Of a DNA stretch of 64,000 nucleotides, positions 38,104-47,145 are shown one piece after another; the first letter of the stretch is position 1; every line of letters starts with the position of its first letter. Source of the DNA: Candidatus Microgenomates bacterium (GTDB taxonomy: Bacteria > Patescibacteriota > Microgenomatia > UBA8517); the NCBI GenBank assembly GCA_049519355.1, contig JBEKQV010000003.1:83646-147645 (forward strand), given 5' to 3'. Position numbers and translations under genes: made by a program. Under the pieces are notes generated by a model, which ran no database searches, was not told the origin of the DNA, and saw only the letters and a program-made list of their open reading frames with translations.

Positions 38104-40125
38104 GTGAAGGCGTATCAAAAAATAATCTTTTGGCTTTTTGCAATCCTTCTTTTTTTCGTTCCCTTAATTCTTTGGCCTTTTACTTCCGAAGTTTTCGAAT
38201 TCAATAAAATGGTTCTGGTTTATATTTTGACAACTTTAATTACAGGGACGTGGTTGGCCGAAATGATAATTGAAAAGAAATTTGTATTCCGTCGCACAAT
38301 ATTGGATATACCGATACTTGCTTTCATAGGATCGCAAATAATTTCAACAATTCTTTCAATCGATCCTTTGACATCTTTCCTTGGATACTATTCAAGATTT
38401 AACGGCGGACTTGCCTCCGTCTTTTGCTATGCCCTTCTCTACTGGGCTTTCGTAAGTGTCATCGATATAAAACAAACGATGAAATTAATCTACATCACAT
38501 TAGGTTCCGCCACATTGGTTGCAATTTATGGAGTATTGGAACATTTCGGAATCGATAAAAATCTTTGGGTTCAGGATGTCCAATCGAGAGTTTTTTCAAC
38601 CCTCGGGCAACCGAATTGGCTCGCTGCATGGTTAATTGCCCTTACCCCCGCCACCTGGTACTTAATTTTGACAACCAATTTTAATTTCAGGGATTATAAA
38701 TTCTGGCTTTATTTTTCGCTCTCGATTCTTTTATTCTGGACGACAATATTCACAAAATCCCGATCGGGTTATCTTGGTTTTGCAACCGCCTTTATAATCT
38801 TTTGGGCTCTGGCAGTCTGGAAAAAGAAAAAGGATGAAATCGGGAAACTTATTATTCCTTTTATAATTATCGGCGTTAGCGTCTTTGCTGTTTGTTTGAT
38901 TAGCGGAACCGAATTAACCCCAAGCATCGGGCAACTCATTAGCCATAAGCCCGCCACCGCTCTGACAGACACAAGTACAACCGCACTTGAAACCGGGGGC
39001 ACGGAATCCGGCACTATAAGAAAAATAGTCTGGAAAGGTGCAATTCAAGTCTGGCTGCACTATCCCATTTTCGGAACTGGTATCGAAACTTTTGCCTTTT
39101 CTTATTTTAAGTACAGACCTCCCGAACATAACTTAACCAGCGAGTGGCAATTTATCTACAATAAAGCCCACAACGAATATCTCAATTTTATGGCCAATTC
39201 CGGCACCGTCGGAATTCTGACTTATCTTTCTGTAATCGGGTTTTCAATTTATGTTTTTGTCAAAAATCGTAAAAATTTACTTATCGTCAGTTTATTTGCG
39301 GGTTACCTAAGCTTGCTTGTCACAAATTTCTTCGGTTTCTCTGTCGTACCTACTCAACTCGAACTCTTTTTATTCCCTGCTATGGCATTTGTAATCGCCA
39401 AAGAATTACCTACCTCCGGAAACAAATCCGATAATCTCAACGGAATTCAAAAATTTTTCCTATTGGTTATTGTCTTTTGCGGATTATCGGTTTTATTTGC
39501 TATCGGTAAATACTGGTACGCCGATACCCTTTATGCTTCAGGGAAAGCATACAATTCCGTTGGCAAGCCCGATGTTGCAACAAATTATCTAACCCGCGCC
39601 ATAAGTCTGGAACCCGGGCAGCCTTGGTACTACAGCGAACTTGCCAACTCTTACGCAAGCCTGGCTGTAGGACTCAATCAGGCCAAAGATACTGCTGACG
39701 CTCAAAAATATAGCGATCTTGCCGTTACCACATCCGATAAAGTCGCCGCTCTTGCACCCGCGAACTTCATTTTCAAAATGTCCAGGTTCGGAGTTTTTGT
39801 AATGCTCTCAACCGTAAATCCCAATTATCTCCTTCAAGCCCAGGCGGCACTCCTTGATGCAATAAACTCCGCACCAACTTACGCCAGCCTTTATTACAAC
39901 CTGGGGCTAACTTACGCCCGCACTAATCAAACCGACTTGGCAATTCAAGCCCTTCAAAAAGCGATCGAGCTGAAAGCCGATTACGCAGATGCCAGGCTCG
40001 CTTATGCCATCCTTCTTATCGGCCAAAAACAAAACGCGGAAGCTAAGGTCCAACTTAACTATATCCTGACTAAGATTGACCCGAATAACTCCCTCGCCAA
40101 ACAAACCCTCGCAAGCATCAAGTAA
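38104..40125 (+). CDS. O-antigen ligase/polymerase-like membrane protein (Wzy_C) fused to C-terminal TPR repeats
   Basis: About 12 TM with the Wzy_C signature region AHNEYLNFMANSGTVGILTY. The C-terminal ~200 aa have TPR-like repeats (YYNLGLTYARTNQTDLAIQALQKAIEL). Confidence 0.65.
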   Translation: MKAYQKIIFWLFAILLFFVPLILWPFTSEVFEFNKMVLVYILTTLITGTWLAEMIIEKKFVFRRTILDIPILAFIGSQIISTILSIDPLTSFLGYYSRFNGGLASVFCYALLYWAFVSVIDIKQTMKLIYITLGSATLVAIYGVLEHFGIDKNLWVQDVQSRVFSTLGQPNWLAAWLIALTPATWYLILTTNFNFRDYKFWLYFSLSILLFWTTIFTKSRSGYLGFATAFIIFWALAVWKKKKDEIGKLIIPFIIIGVSVFAVCLISGTELTPSIGQLISHKPATALTDTSTTALETGGTESGTIRKIVWKGAIQVWLHYPIFGTGIETFAFSYFKYRPPEHNLTSEWQFIYNKAHNEYLNFMANSGTVGILTYLSVIGFSIYVFVKNRKNLLIVSLFAGYLSLLVTNFFGFSVVPTQLELFLFPAMAFVIAKELPTSGNKSDNLNGIQKFFLLVIVFCGLSVLFAIGKYWYADTLYASGKAYNSVGKPDVATNYLTRAISLEPGQPWYYSELANSYASLAVGLNQAKDTADAQKYSDLAVTTSDKVAALAPANFIFKMSRFGVFVMLSTVNPNYLLQAQAALLDAINSAPTYASLYYNLGLTYARTNQTDLAIQALQKAIELKADYADARLAYAILLIGQKQNAEAKVQLNYILTKIDPNNSLAKQTLASIK

Positions 40126-40172
40126 AACACTTTCGCCCCTAAGATAGGCGTAAAATGATATAATTAGGCCGT

Positions 40173-40706
40173 ATGATCCGAAAGATTCTACAATCAAACG
40201 ATCCTCTTTTGCGGAAAAAATCCAAACCGGTGGCAAAAGTGGATAAAAAAGTTGCCAGTATTGTCAAAGATTTAAAAGATACCTTAAGCACGCAGAAAGA
40301 ACCCGAGGGGGTTGGGCTGGCTGCCCCGCAGCTTGGAAAACTTTTGAGGATTTTTGTGGCAAACTATAAGGGTTTTGAAAGAGTTGTGATTAATCCTGAA
40401 ATAATCAATATTGAGAAGCCTTTACCCGAAACAAGCGGAAAACCGGCTAAAAAAGAAATCCTTGAAGGCTGCCTGTCCCTTCCCTATTACTACGGACCAT
40501 TAAAAAGGGCAAGCAAAATAACCGTCAAATACTTAAACGAAAAAGGCGAAGAAGTTGTCGAAACTTTCGAAGGTTTTAACGCCCAAATAATTATGCATGA
40601 GATCGATCACCTTGAAGGAATCCTTTTTATCGACCATCTGATTAAGGAAAAGAAGCCACTATATAAAGTCGAGGGTAATGAATGGGAGGAGGTTGAACTG
40701 ATTTGA
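40173..40706 (+). CDS. def: Peptide deformylase
   Basis: Motifs GVGLAAPQLG, EGCLSLP, HEIDHLEG. Confidence 0.9.
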   Translation: MIRKILQSNDPLLRKKSKPVAKVDKKVASIVKDLKDTLSTQKEPEGVGLAAPQLGKLLRIFVANYKGFERVVINPEIINIEKPLPETSGKPAKKEILEGCLSLPYYYGPLKRASKITVKYLNEKGEEVVETFEGFNAQIIMHEIDHLEGILFIDHLIKEKKPLYKVEGNEWEEVELI

Positions 40707-41584
40707 AAATAGTTTTTTTTGGAACACCCGAATATGTAATGCCAATTCTTACGGCACTTCACAAGAAGTTTGTGACGGGACCGGGAAAGTCCCCAATTGT
40801 TGCTGTTGTTACACAATCACCAAAACCTATCGGTAGAAAACAAATTCTTTCTTATTCTCCGATTGATAAATGGGCCCATGAACATGGAATTCCTATGCAC
40901 TACACAGCTTCCGAGTTGGCTATTGATAAGATTAATGCTGACATTGGAGTGCTGGCTTCGTACGGAGAAATCATTGGCAAAGATATAATTAATCTTTTTC
41001 CTCACGGAATTTTAGTGATTCATCCCTCGCTTTTGCCGAAATATAGAGGTGCCTCGCCGGTCCCGGCCGCAATCGCAGCCGGCGATACACTTACGGGCGT
41101 CACCATTTTCAGAATGGACGAAAAAGTTGATCACGGTCCGGTTATCTCCCAGTTTAAAGAAGAAATCTTACCCCAGGACACAGGTGAAACTTTACGCGCC
41201 AGACTTTTTGAAAGGTCGGCAGAGGTTCTTATTGAACTTTTAGAACCCTACCTCCAGGGCAAAATCACTCCAAAGATCCAAGATGAAACTCAGGCCTCCT
41301 ACACAAAAATTGTAACCAGAGAGGATGGAAAAATTGACTTGAACGAAAAGTCAGCCGAAGAAGCCGATAGATTTATCCGTGCAATGCTACCCTGGCCGGG
41401 AGCTTGGACCCTGGTTCATATTTCCCCAACCGATACCAAAAACCGAAGACTAAAGATTCTAAAAGCACATGTTGAGGAAGGAAAGCTAGTCCTGGATGAA
41501 GTACAACTTGAAGGGAAACTCCCGACAACCTGGAAACAGTTTAAAGAAGGCTACAAGGATGCAACTTTCGAAACCATCGGTTGA
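40703..41584 (+). CDS. fmt: Methionyl-tRNA formyltransferase
   Basis: MKIVFFGTPEY start, formyltransferase motif HPSLLPKYRGASP, C-terminal domain. 4-bp overlap with def. Confidence 0.9.
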   Translation: MKIVFFGTPEYVMPILTALHKKFVTGPGKSPIVAVVTQSPKPIGRKQILSYSPIDKWAHEHGIPMHYTASELAIDKINADIGVLASYGEIIGKDIINLFPHGILVIHPSLLPKYRGASPVPAAIAAGDTLTGVTIFRMDEKVDHGPVISQFKEEILPQDTGETLRARLFERSAEVLIELLEPYLQGKITPKIQDETQASYTKIVTREDGKIDLNEKSAEEADRFIRAMLPWPGAWTLVHISPTDTKNRRLKILKAHVEEGKLVLDEVQLEGKLPTTWKQFKEGYKDATFETIG

Positions 41585-41814
41585 AACTTCTTAATTTTCC
41601 CCGTCTTTCTAAACTTCGAAATACAATCTGCACAAAGTCTCATTTGAGCTTTCTTGCCATTGATCATTACGGCAATTTTCTGGAGATTCGGCTTAAACAT
41701 TCTGAACGTTTTGGGGGCTCTTTTCCTCCATCTTTTTCCAGCAACACCCCTGCCGTGGGTACTTTGCCGGCCGTAAACTATTGTCTTTCCGCAGTTATCA
41801 CACATGTATGCCAT
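41551..41814 (-). CDS. rpmB: 50S ribosomal protein L28 (with a short insertion)
   Basis: MCDNCGK...PNLQKIAVMINGKKAQMRLCADC matches the L28 pattern (C-x-x-C-G-K, NLQK, NGK, C-x-x-C). Its 3' end overlaps the fmt 3' end convergently by 34 nt. Confidence 0.6.
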   Translation of the reverse strand: MAYMCDNCGKTIVYGRQSTHGRGVAGKRWRKRAPKTFRMFKPNLQKIAVMINGKKAQMRLCADCISKFRKTGKIKKFQPMVSKVASL

Positions 41815-41862
41815 ATTATTTTTAGCTGTCGTAGATTATACTATTAATCACGCTCAACCGCA

Positions 41863-42525
41863 ATGGAGATTTTATTTCTTATCATCATTGTAATCGGCAT
41901 CGCCATGGCAATAATTACTCACGAAGTTGCCCATGGTTACGTGGCAGACAGACTCGGAGATCCGACGGCAAGGCTCTCAGGCAGACTTACCCTCAATCCA
42001 ATCCCCCACATCGACCTAGTTGGAACAATTATCGTGCCCCTAATTTTCTATTTTTCCCCACTACATATAATATTCGGCTGGGCCAAGCCTGTGCCGATTG
42101 ATCCTTACAACCTGAAAAACCCCAAAAAAGATTTACTCCTGATTTCGTTGGCCGGCCCTGCAACCAATATCGCCTTTGCCGTTATATTGGCCGTATTTTT
42201 GAGAATCCTTATTATAATATTACCCGGAGAAGCCTCCTATGAAATTCTTTCCGGACTATTCGGAAGCTTAATCGGGACAAATGTCCTTTTGGCTGTTTTT
42301 AATCTAATCCCCATTCACCCATTGGACGGAGGCAAAATTTTGGTCGGTATTTTGCCAAATAGGCAGTCCCGTGAAGTCGATGCATTCTTAAACAGATTCG
42401 GCTTGATCCTACTCCTCTTTTTAATCCTACCGATATTTGGCGGCAATTCCCTTATTTCACCCATTGTTGGTCCAATAATGAACTTCGTCCTCCGCATTCT
42501 TATTCCCGGTTTTTCCACAATCTAG
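41863..42525 (+). CDS. M50-family (site-2 protease-like) membrane metalloprotease, small form
   Basis: HEVAHGYVADRLGD (HExxH) in TM1, 6 TM, and an LDGG-type motif (HPLDGGKIL) near the C-terminus. Confidence 0.65.
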   Translation: MEILFLIIIVIGIAMAIITHEVAHGYVADRLGDPTARLSGRLTLNPIPHIDLVGTIIVPLIFYFSPLHIIFGWAKPVPIDPYNLKNPKKDLLLISLAGPATNIAFAVILAVFLRILIIILPGEASYEILSGLFGSLIGTNVLLAVFNLIPIHPLDGGKILVGILPNRQSREVDAFLNRFGLILLLFLILPIFGGNSLISPIVGPIMNFVLRILIPGFSTI

Positions 42526-42727
42526 TTGTTTTTCACAGTTGACTTTCATGGTATTATTAAATTGACCCTGTAGAGAAGAGTAACGGTTTTAATTTCCTGA
42601 TCAAGTAAATTTAACTTGGGAGGGCGGAGTCCGACCGAAGTCTTTGTACTGAGGAAGGCAGCTCACCCACCTGGATTCTCCAGGAATGCCACCGGACTTT
42701 TCAAAACGGGGTCATTTTTTGGCAAAA

Positions 42728-42817
42728 TGGTGCTGAGGTCAGGATTCGAACCTGAGTAGCCCTTTCGGACGCGAGATTTACAGTCTCGTGCGTTTGACCG
42801 CTCCGCCACCTCAGCGC
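42728..42817 (-). tRNA. tRNA-Tyr (anticodon GTA), type II with long variable arm, CCA encoded
   Basis: Reverse complement folds as acceptor GCGCTGA, D arm with GG, anticodon loop CTGTAAA, variable arm CGTCCGAAAGGGCTAC, T arm CAGGTTCGAATCCTG, and 3' ACCA. Confidence 0.85.
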
Positions 42818-42838
42818 AATGATTATTATACTTCTTTG

Positions 42839-42910
42839 AGCCGACGAGAGGATTCGAACCTCTGACTTGCTGTTTACAAAACAGCTACTCTACCGCTGAG
42901 TTACGCCGGC
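42839..42910 (-). tRNA. tRNA-Thr (anticodon TGT)
   Basis: Reverse complement: acceptor GCCGGCG/CGTCGGC, D arm ACTCAGCGGTAGAGT, anticodon stem GCTGT/ACAGC with loop TTTGTAA, T arm AGAGGTTCGAATCCTCT. CCA not encoded. Confidence 0.85.
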
Positions 42911-42954
42911 TTATGGCTGTATTATAGCTTATTTCGAGCGTATAATTCCATCGT

Positions 42955-43995
42955 ATGAAGACTTCCGACTTCAACTACGAATTGCCAAGAAATCTCATTG
43001 CCAATTCCCCCGCCAAACCCCGCGATTACTCAAGACTAATGGTAATTGACCGGAAAACCGGCCAAATTTCCCATCACAGGTTTTATGAAATCGAAAAATT
43101 CTTAAGGCCAAACGACGTTTTGGTTCTAAATAAAACCAAAGTATTCCCCGCCAGACTATTTGCAAAAAAGATAACCGGCGGTAAAGTTGAGCTGCTTTTT
43201 ATTGATGAGGTTAAACCCGAAGTTTGGAGGGCAATGACTCACCCGGGGCTTAAAAAAGGATCCCAAATTACATTCAAAAAGTATATTTTCGATGTCGCAG
43301 GCCAGGAAGGTATGACCGCAATTATCAACACAAAAATGGATAAGGATGCGGTTTTGAAACTGCTAAAGGTTTTTGGTAATACCCCGCTTCCCCCATATAT
43401 CCATACAAAAGAGACGGAAGGAAAATTAAGAAAGGAGTACCAAACGGTTTATGCAAAGCTGACAGGCTCGGTTGCCGCACCCACAGCCGGATTCCACTTT
43501 ACCGAAAGGTTACTTACAAGATTAAAGAAAAAGGGAGTCCAGATTGAATACGTCACACTCCATGTCGGCATTGGAACCTTTGCACCGGTCAAAACCAAAA
43601 CTCTTGAGGAACACAAAATGCATGAAGAGGAGTTTTTTGTGGATAAACCAACCTTCGGCAGGTTAATCCGTGCGAAAAAGGAGGGAAAAAGGATTGTTGC
43701 CGTGGGAACAACTTCAACCAGAGTTTTGGAAACCATAACTCCCAAGAAACTATCCGGCTCGACCAACATTTTTATTTATCCACCTTACAAATTCAAGTTC
43801 GTCGATGCCTTAATCACCAATTTTCACCTCCCCGCCTCAACTCTATTGGCTTTGGTTTCAGCATTCGTAAGTTACCCAAATACGAAAGAAAAATTCAATG
43901 ACTTTAGTTCATCTCTAATGGGAAGAGCTTACCAAGAAGCTATCAAAGAAAAGTACCGGTTTTACTCCTTTGGAGATTCATCGCTTATTATCTGA
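42955..43995 (+). CDS. queA: S-adenosylmethionine:tRNA ribosyltransferase-isomerase
   Basis: MKTSDFNYELPRNLIANSPAKPRDYSRLMVIDRKTG...VLVLNKTKVFPARL is a QueA N-terminus; 346 aa. Confidence 0.9.
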   Translation: MKTSDFNYELPRNLIANSPAKPRDYSRLMVIDRKTGQISHHRFYEIEKFLRPNDVLVLNKTKVFPARLFAKKITGGKVELLFIDEVKPEVWRAMTHPGLKKGSQITFKKYIFDVAGQEGMTAIINTKMDKDAVLKLLKVFGNTPLPPYIHTKETEGKLRKEYQTVYAKLTGSVAAPTAGFHFTERLLTRLKKKGVQIEYVTLHVGIGTFAPVKTKTLEEHKMHEEEFFVDKPTFGRLIRAKKEGKRIVAVGTTSTRVLETITPKKLSGSTNIFIYPPYKFKFVDALITNFHLPASTLLALVSAFVSYPNTKEKFNDFSSSLMGRAYQEAIKEKYRFYSFGDSSLII

Positions 43996-44066
43996 GCCTG
44001 AGGTGAGGATTGAACTCACGACCCCGTACTTACCAAGTACGTGCTCTACCACTGAGCTACCCAGGC
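43995..44066 (-). tRNA. tRNA-Thr (anticodon GGT)
   Basis: Reverse complement: acceptor GCCTGGG/CTCAGGC, D arm GCTCAGTGGTAGAGC, anticodon stem CGTAC/GTACG with loop TTGGTAA, T arm GTGAGTTCAATCCTCAC. CCA not encoded. Its 3' end abuts the queA stop. Confidence 0.85.
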
Positions 44067-44136
44067 ATTCGATGACAATTATATCAGAATAACAAGCTTG
44101 CCACTACGCTTCGCTTCATGCTACAATACCGTTCGT

Positions 44137-44322
44137 ATGGCAAAAAAAGGAGCCCGTGAACTCGTCGCTTTAAATTGTTCCATTTGTAAAAACCAAAACT
44201 ACATTACAACCAGGAACAAGGTTAACATGGACACCAAAGGCAAGGGCAAGCTGGGACTCATGAAATACTGCAAGTTCTGCAAGAAAGTTCAACTTCACAA
44301 AGAGTCCTCAAAGCTAAAATAA
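44137..44322 (+). CDS. rpmG: 50S ribosomal protein L33
   Basis: MAKKGARELVALNCSICKNQNYITTRNK...KYCKFCKKVQLHKE matches L33, including its C4 zinc ribbon. Start at the internal ATG. Confidence 0.8.
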   Translation: MAKKGARELVALNCSICKNQNYITTRNKVNMDTKGKGKLGLMKYCKFCKKVQLHKESSKLK

Positions 44323-44333
44323 GAAGTAACTTA

Positions 44334-44852
44334 TTAATCCAACGGGTGCTCAACAGAACTTTTGAAACCCGGGGCGGGGTTTTCGGGAACAATTTGAGAA
44401 GCCGCTTTTCTAATAGCAGCCATATTCATATTCACCTTTTCACCCATATTTCTATCGAAGTAATGATCCAAGCGGTCATTAAGGATATCAATTAGGGTAT
44501 TATCCTTCATGTCCTGTGACTGTATTCCTATTTTTTCGCAAATAGAAGCTTTTATCTCCCCGAAGATGGTGATTGAGTTTGCCTTTTCAGCACCACTTTT
44601 AGTAGCAGACTGGTACAGGCTCATCACTCTTCCAAGAACTACGGCATCAAGATAAGACCTAACTTCGGGCATTTGCTGTATAGCAACAAAGGCCCCTCCC
44701 TCACCGCCGGCAGCCAGCTGTGGTAGTACGTGTGCATGGGCCAAACCCAGGTCAAAGACAGCACTAGCCTCAGAAATATTAAGTTCTGTGCCGGATTGAA
44801 TCTTCTGGCCGATAGCTTTATAATCGAATGGCAATTTAAGCTCAGGTGACAT
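44334..44852 (-). CDS. Hypothetical protein (GC content visibly above surroundings)
   Basis: 172-aa ORF. No motif recognised. Confidence 0.35.
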   Translation of the reverse strand: MSPELKLPFDYKAIGQKIQSGTELNISEASAVFDLGLAHAHVLPQLAAGGEGGAFVAIQQMPEVRSYLDAVVLGRVMSLYQSATKSGAEKANSITIFGEIKASICEKIGIQSQDMKDNTLIDILNDRLDHYFDRNMGEKVNMNMAAIRKAASQIVPENPAPGFKSSVEHPLD

Positions 44853-44900
44853 AATTGTATAGGGAATTTTACACTATAGGAGAAGAAAGTCAATATTTTT

Positions 44901-45491
44901 ATGTTTCGCGATACAGAAGGGCGTACCGGCCCATACATTCAGGCAAATTTTAATCCGGACAGCCAACACTTTGGCGAGATGCTCCGGAGATCGTCTTTTT
45001 CCATTCTCGATGTGGGTTGCGGCGAGAAACCAAGACTTTCTTGGGCCTTGAGTGCGGGTGATCTTTGGGTGGGTTGTGATCCTGCAGCCACAAATGGAAT
45101 CGTAATTAAAGGCGAACGCCCGGTCAGGCAAAGCGCAGGTCTCGTCGTTTTTCCTTACACGGCAGATGAAATTCCCCTTTTCAAACCGGATGTCATATCA
45201 GTTATCGCACCCAATCAGGAGGACATCGTCAAAGGGCGCGTTTTCAACGACGGATTGGAGAAACTTCTTGATCCGGGAAAGGAGCAAACAATGGTTGTTT
45301 TATTAGATACAAGAACGCATGAATCACAAACTTTTCAGGAAGAGGCGAAACACTTTATAAGCAGATGGAGAAGGGAAAACGGATTCAAACCTGATGCCGA
45401 AAATCCGGTTTTGGATAAATTCAGACTCAATTCGGCTGATGCCGGGGCAAAAAATATTCGTTTTTGTTACATCCGCAACTCCTCACGATAG
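44901..45491 (+). CDS. Hypothetical protein, weakly class-I SAM-methyltransferase-like (ILDVGCGEKP)
   Basis: 196-aa ORF. A Gly-rich motif-I-like ILDVGCG is followed by an acidic residue spacing. GC-rich relative to neighbours. Confidence 0.3.
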   Translation: MFRDTEGRTGPYIQANFNPDSQHFGEMLRRSSFSILDVGCGEKPRLSWALSAGDLWVGCDPAATNGIVIKGERPVRQSAGLVVFPYTADEIPLFKPDVISVIAPNQEDIVKGRVFNDGLEKLLDPGKEQTMVVLLDTRTHESQTFQEEAKHFISRWRRENGFKPDAENPVLDKFRLNSADAGAKNIRFCYIRNSSR

Positions 45492-45543
45492 GCAAAATAG
45501 CAACGATTGCTGATATAATATAGCCATAGGCTGGCACACTCGT

Positions 45544-45614
45544 AGGCCGATAGGTAAATGGTATACCGGTGGTCTCCAAAACCATCATTGGGGGTCCGAT
45601 TCCCTCTCGGCCTG
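45544..45614 (+). tRNA. tRNA-Trp (anticodon CCA), 71 nt, T-loop TCCGATT (C at position 55), 3' tail G-CACC (no CCA)
   Basis: Acceptor AGGCCGA/TCGGCCT, D arm GGTA-AATGGTA-TACC, anticodon stem GTGGT/ACCAT with loop CTCCAAA (identical to the E. coli tRNA-Trp loop), variable CATT, T arm GGGGG-TCCGATT-CCCTC, discriminator G. Confidence 0.75.
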
Positions 45615-45630
45615 CACCTTAGTTTCAAAA

Positions 45631-46335
45631 TTACGATTTAAACACATCAATACCGTGAAGCGTTAACTCTCCGCTTTTATTCTTAGTTCTACGTAATTGT
45701 TCATTCTTCTTAAGCATTTTTCTATAAACTCCAGGCAGTTTTCTTCTCAAAAATACTTTGGTCCCTTCATAGGCCTTATATTCCCATTGGTATTTTGAGC
45801 TGTTCAGTCGTTTCACAAGCCTCTGTACCACTGGATCATCATACTTATTTATAATACCTTCAATCGATATAAAGCTTGTGCGAATTTCTCTTGGGACACT
45901 AGATAAAATATCTCTGACAAATTTTTCGTGTGTTCGGAAAGAAATACTCGCAACGTTTGACCATCCTTTCTCTTTACTAAGTTTTGAGAGTGTTCCTATT
46001 TCCTCCTCTGTATTATATTCTTCTTCATTCATGAAAATATTCTCTTTTGGTACATTGTATTTATTCACCAACTCATCCATTATTACCGATGCTGTAGAAG
46101 GATACGATGGCCCCTTTACTTTTCCCCCAACTACCACAATGTTCCTTGCTAATCCCTCATAATACAAAAGCGCTGCTGCTCTGGCCGCTAAACGGGAGCG
46201 AAGGCTTCCTTTAAAGGGTTCTTGCTCGGCTGAAGGGTCTTTTATTCGTGAAATCAAAAAGCTATGGACCAATATTGCATCAAATTGCGGTCTTTGCTCC
46301 GTTTCTACAGTTGGATTTACACTTTCGCCTTCCAT
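45631..46335 (-). CDS. DUF218 (YdcF/SanA/ElyC-like) domain protein
   Basis: DAILVHSF...LRSRLAARAAALLYYEGLARNIVVVGGKV and STASVIMDELVNKYNVPKENIFMNEEEYNTEEE match the DUF218 core. Confidence 0.5.
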   Translation of the reverse strand: MEGESVNPTVETEQRPQFDAILVHSFLISRIKDPSAEQEPFKGSLRSRLAARAAALLYYEGLARNIVVVGGKVKGPSYPSTASVIMDELVNKYNVPKENIFMNEEEYNTEEEIGTLSKLSKEKGWSNVASISFRTHEKFVRDILSSVPREIRTSFISIEGIINKYDDPVVQRLVKRLNSSKYQWEYKAYEGTKVFLRRKLPGVYRKMLKKNEQLRRTKNKSGELTLHGIDVFKS

Positions 46336-46526
46336 ACCGAAATTATACTACGGCAGTACTATAAGGAAAAACCGGTTGAGGATTAAGAAACTTCTGAACT
46401 TTATCTATATCAAACAGGCTCATACTATTCCAGATTGTTCGAAGTTCGGCTACTAAGGCCTGCAAAACTAAATAATCTATTCTCTTCTCTTGATTATTTA
46501 GCCTCCCTAATATAGACTTCCCCAAA

Positions 46527-47096
46527 ATGGGAAGCGAAATTATCCTAAGCTCAAAAGAGCTAATTCATGGAACAACAATCACCGTAAATCGCCTTAGAGT
46601 CACGGGTGCTAATCACTTTGGCAGACCGAAAACGGAAATGGCTGATACGCAAACATTTCAAGACCTCAGAATAGCATTAGTTTGGGTGGCCGAATCACCT
46701 GAGTACTCACACTACTTTAGCATCCCACTTACCGGTGTCCAAATATCCGGAGAGTTATTTGGACCCAGGTATAAAGATCACGAAATGTTGGCCATTAGAC
46801 ATAACGGCAAGGTTGGTGAATCTATGAGGGATGTAGAAGGGCATCATGGTGTCTCAACGGATCACAGCGATGATTTTTTCGATTTAATAGTCAATCTTGA
46901 GCCAAACCAGGGTCCTCTTTTCGACCGCGGTGTCGTGTGGGTTGATATAGCCAAAAAAAACCCTGACCCTTTATTGAAGTTTCATATTAACGCAGGTATT
47001 CACACTCCAGAAGAGATAGAGGCGGGCATAACCCAAATGGCATCACGGGTAAACCAAGTTTTAGGCAATCTGGTTCAGGGAATGGGAATCCTATAA
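46527..47096 (+). CDS. Hypothetical protein
   Basis: 189-aa ORF. No motif recognised. Confidence 0.35.
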   Translation: MGSEIILSSKELIHGTTITVNRLRVTGANHFGRPKTEMADTQTFQDLRIALVWVAESPEYSHYFSIPLTGVQISGELFGPRYKDHEMLAIRHNGKVGESMRDVEGHHGVSTDHSDDFFDLIVNLEPNQGPLFDRGVVWVDIAKKNPDPLLKFHINAGIHTPEEIEAGITQMASRVNQVLGNLVQGMGIL

Positions 47097-47145
47097 TAAT
47101 ACCACGCATCAAATTGTTTGAGGCTGTATATTAAAGCCTGCAGAG

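Noticed and set aside
41551-41584. 34-nt convergent overlap of fmt and rpmB 3' ends as a sign of a frameshift or mis-call
   Set aside because: Both proteins have plausible C-termini and family-typical lengths. Convergent overlaps of this size occur in compact genomes, so there is no positive evidence of error.
42526-42727. Assignment of the structured spacer as SRP (4.5S) RNA
   Set aside because: Only a partial GGAAGGCAGC resemblance to domain IV. The residues flanking the would-be GGAA tetraloop cannot pair and the 5' strand does not match the AGGUCAGG consensus. Kept only as an unclassified candidate.
46343-46525. 60-aa ORF as a RiPP/graspetide precursor for the nearby ATP-grasp + C39-like locus
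   Set aside because: No leader/core organisation, no Thr/Ser-Asp/Glu-rich core, no double-Gly cleavage motif. It is separated from the ligases by an unrelated hypothetical gene.
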